From NCBI RefSeq assembly GCF_964204645.1, contig NW_027437472.1:5382-69381 (forward strand): a stretch of DNA of 64,000 nucleotides, in the 5' to 3' direction. Source of the stretch: Tubulanus polymorphus (Eukaryota > Animalia > Nemertea). Made by a program: the position numbers and the translations under genes. Positions within the stretch are counted from its first letter, which is position 1. Every line of letters begins with the position of its first letter. A model generated the notes under the pieces. The model did not search any database. It saw only the letters and a list, made by a program, of their open reading frames with translations, and had not been told where the DNA came from. Of this stretch, positions 60,808 through 64,000 are shown piece by piece.

Positions 60808-63800
60808 TCAGTTGATATATACGTACACATACGGGGATGGTCGACTCCAACCTTTCTTGCTCAATGCAGCTCCCTGTTGAAGAAAGTGAAGTCATACAAT
60901 TTCAATAGTTTCTATCAAACATGATTAAAAAATGATGAATTATTGATATACAGAAATGAGAAAGTCTATGATAAACTTCATCTATAATTACTGACCTGGC
61001 ATCCGTACCAAGTCGAAGGTTTAAGGTCGTACACAATGTTTTCGTCTGCATCAAATGATTTCATATTCCAGGACGATTTGCTTGACCTCAGTGGTTGGAC
61101 ATTTTCACCAGTAGTTTCACCACACTGCGCCGCATACTTTAAAACTTTGCCGCCGCCCTCTTGTTGGTCATATTCGACCAATAAGTGCGAACCAGATCGT
61201 GTTTTCAAACTCACTTGTTTCAAGGTTATGTTAATTTTCAGAAGAGCTGGATAAACGATGAAATTACGTACGAAAACGATGTAATCACTCAATGACCATA
61301 TAAACCGATATTCTAGTATAGACTCAGATAAGATACACTCCAGCTTCTCGAAAACTCACCTGCTTCGTCAGTCGTGAATTCTGTGTTGTTCGATTGTTCG
61401 CTTTTTCCAGCTTCGTTCGTCCAGGCGTAGCTTACCACATACGTCGTGTATGGTTTCAGACCCTTTAGACTTATGGATGTGTGCATTGTGATGTTTTCTC
61501 GGACCACCTCACCGGTGCTCTTCTCGTAAAGTGTGTAATAGAATCCGCCGAAGATACCATTTTGGTTTTTGCGAGGTATGTGCGAGAAAGTGACTCCAGC
61601 GTATGTCGTCTCCTGGAAATCTTTCAACGCAACTTTTTCCGGAATAACTACTGGTGGCTCTGGGGAACCGACGGGTTCTGTGAATATGAAAGAGAAGGGT
61701 CCATGGAAACTTGGGTAATTTTTTTCACCATATATCTGTGGAATTAGTTTTATATGTACCGATAAACTGAACAACTGCGGTTGATTCTGCTTAAAATTTA
61801 CCTGACTGCATCGTAAGTATACTTGTTGTAACATATTGACGGCGCAGTATTGCACCTTCACCGAGCTGAACTGCTAAAATTCCCACATCATACGTAGAAT
61901 AAGGCGACAACTCCACGAATTCCATGTCGGTGTTGTTGGTGGGGAAGGGAGAAATCTGCCACTGGTATGCCCAGATTGCCGGACTATTTCTCCGTCCACG
62001 AAGCCTGTATCTTCCATGAAACTCGAATTTCAGGTGTTTCAGCGTGTTGGGGATTTTCCAAGTAACGTTTACACGTCCAAATGATGTATTCATTGCTGTT
62101 AGATCAGTAACTATATGAGTGAAATGAGTAAATTATGAAATGCATTTGAATCCCGTGCGGAATGAATAGGATATGTAGGAAGATTTGCTGTAGAGAGGAA
62201 ATGTGCCCGCACGAATAAGAAGGGTTCTCGAGGTAGGTCTTGTCCCGGCATTTATATAAAGAAATTCTGACAGCTCAGTACCTCCATTTCCGGGAACGAC
62301 TTCAATACTCTCGCCGGACACATATTCTGCGTTGCCTTTGTTTTTAGCACCGACTTTCATTCGATATTTGGTATATGGCACCATGTCAGGAGGGTAGGAC
62401 GCTCGGAATGCCTTCCATTCCGAATCTGCACTATCGGCTAACTGATAGTATAATTCGTAAGCCACCCCTTCGGTATCATTACATCTCAGTTGACTGCTAT
62501 TCAGAAGCTAGGATGAAATAATTATGTATTCAAAAATATGTAACGGTTAATTTCAAATTTGATCCTCAATTTTCTCATTCTTTTACGAGTTGTGGAGGAG
62601 CCGCGGTAACTTGCTGCAAATCAGTTAGTGAAGACAGAGAGTACTTGAAATTAACTATACCTGGGATTATGTCATAAGTACGAGATTTGGCTACTAGCGC
62701 ATTATAATACCTCTATGAGATAAATGAGAAGTCATCTTTTGAAACCCACGTTGCAGGATGGTCGTCTCATTTGCCCGATGAAGCTCATTTACACAAGTCG
62801 CGAAAGCTCGTACTTTTCGGAGTACTATCTGTCATCACATTTTGGTAAATTTCAATCCATAAAACGATACCTGATAAGTCGGGAAAATTCTAAATTTCGT
62901 TGAATTGTTGCTAACCATTCGCTCTTGTGACATATGCGTGATTTGAGGTCCAACGGTTGGCTCTAGGAAATATATGAATGATCAAAATCTAAATTTCAGA
63001 GATAATTAAGATTAAGGTTGACTTTCACGGAATGTTTTCGCATGACTTACCATCACAACCAGTGTATGCTTCAGTGATTGGGCTCAGCAATGAAGAAGTC
63101 AAGTTCGCCTCAACCTTTCGTAATTTAATCGCAATCTCGTATCCCGTGTTCGTTTCTAAATCGGTTATATTCTGGAATACCTTTACATCTGACTTAAGTT
63201 GAGGCGATTGAGCAATGACCCAGTCGTAGGTGCCCAATTTCCGACAGAGCAACAAGTACTCCAATTCGTAACGTCTTATGCCGGAATCGGGACTGTTTGT
63301 GAATACCTTGTACCACCAAACGGATAACTGATGACGTGTTCTGTGCATTACAATCGGAGTGTATCCGTACTTGAATTCTAAAGATACAATGATAGCCCTT
63401 TATAACGCCACCGTTGGGAATGGTATTTCCATTGAATTTCAGTAAGATTGAGCAGATTTGCGCTCTTAAAGTTGGCGCTAAGTGAGCGGTGGCATAAGAG
63501 GATGGCCTTATAACGGGTTTGACTGCAATGTAAATTTGATTTATTTGCATTTATGTGTAGAGTTCCATGCATTGCCAATTACAGATATGAATGGAGTTTA
63601 TTTCTATCAAAAATGATAACATGCGTGCATACTTGGCTTAAACAAAATACCAAAGCTGTTTGATAAAAGGCATGTAAGTTCGAATATGGTCCGGTACTTG
63701 AAAGTACATGCTTTCAAAAATCAAGGTCGCTTGTAACTTTTGAAAACTCCTTCGTTATTGAATTGTGGATTGGAAGCAAAATCAAGCTATAAAATAGTTG

Positions 63801-63997
63801 AGGGTGCATTCAAGTAGATATTTTGAGTGAATACATGAGGAAATTACGTTTTTCACAGGAATTGCCAACTCTGTCAGCGTTACAGCCACCAGGGCAGAAT
63901 CCAGACATATAGTCGACTGTATTGTGCGGTACATTCTCATTACATTGAGACCGCTCCATACAACCAAAAGATTCGGGGATTTCGCACGTGTCGATAT
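60808..63997 (-). CDS. Array gene C (divergent paralogue), 3' part: EGF + 5xFN3; 5' exons lie beyond the window
   Basis: EGF exon 63848-63997 (DIDTCEIPESFGCMERSQCNENVPHNTVDYMSGFCPGGCNADRVGNSCEK), FN3-1 exon 63051-63377, then exons matching 54940-55031 onward shifted by 7931; stop TGA at 60808-60810. Confidence 0.85.
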
Positions 63998-64000
63998 CTA

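Larger units (their letters stand above)
47238..63014. repeat. Near-identical tandem segmental duplication: 47238-55083 and 55168-63014
   Basis: Constant offset 7930 (7931 after a 1-bp indel near 51310/59240); only scattered substitutions; unique 84-bp filler at 55084-55167. Confidence 0.97.

Noticed and set aside
63380-63550. Extra (Ig-like) exon in gene C suggested by ORF 63194-63550
   Set aside because: The EGF exon splices in phase directly to the acceptor at 63378 as in A and B; the ORF is in a different frame from FN3-1 and I found no convincing donor.

Overview
Eukaryotic (intron-rich, AT-rich, invertebrate-like) genomic DNA; no prokaryotic features. From left to right: (i) probable 5'-UTR exons of an unidentified minus-strand gene that runs off the left edge (1-11.7 kb); (ii) maelstrom (+, 16 coding exons, 17536-24395, about 572 aa); (iii) vezatin (-, single-exon CDS 25471-27663), tail-to-tail with mael; (iv) a repeat-rich interval (30-39.8 kb) with a TIR element with 6-bp TSD, LINE fragments, minisatellites and the second copy of a ~3-kb direct repeat whose two copies bracket mael+vezt; (v) a three-exon microgene (-, 39928-41191) that the ORF track only partly shows, encoding a 51-aa signal/acidic-pro/RxxR/two-cysteine peptide precursor; (vi) a head-to-tail minus-strand array (42.2 kb to the right edge) of 12-exon genes for secreted Cys-rich/F-type-lectin/EGF/5xFN3 proteins with no transmembrane segment. 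The array shows a very recent 7.93-kb tandem duplication and patchwork gene conversion between paralogues. All exon models were built by hand from GT-AG sites and reading-frame continuity; no database searches were run.
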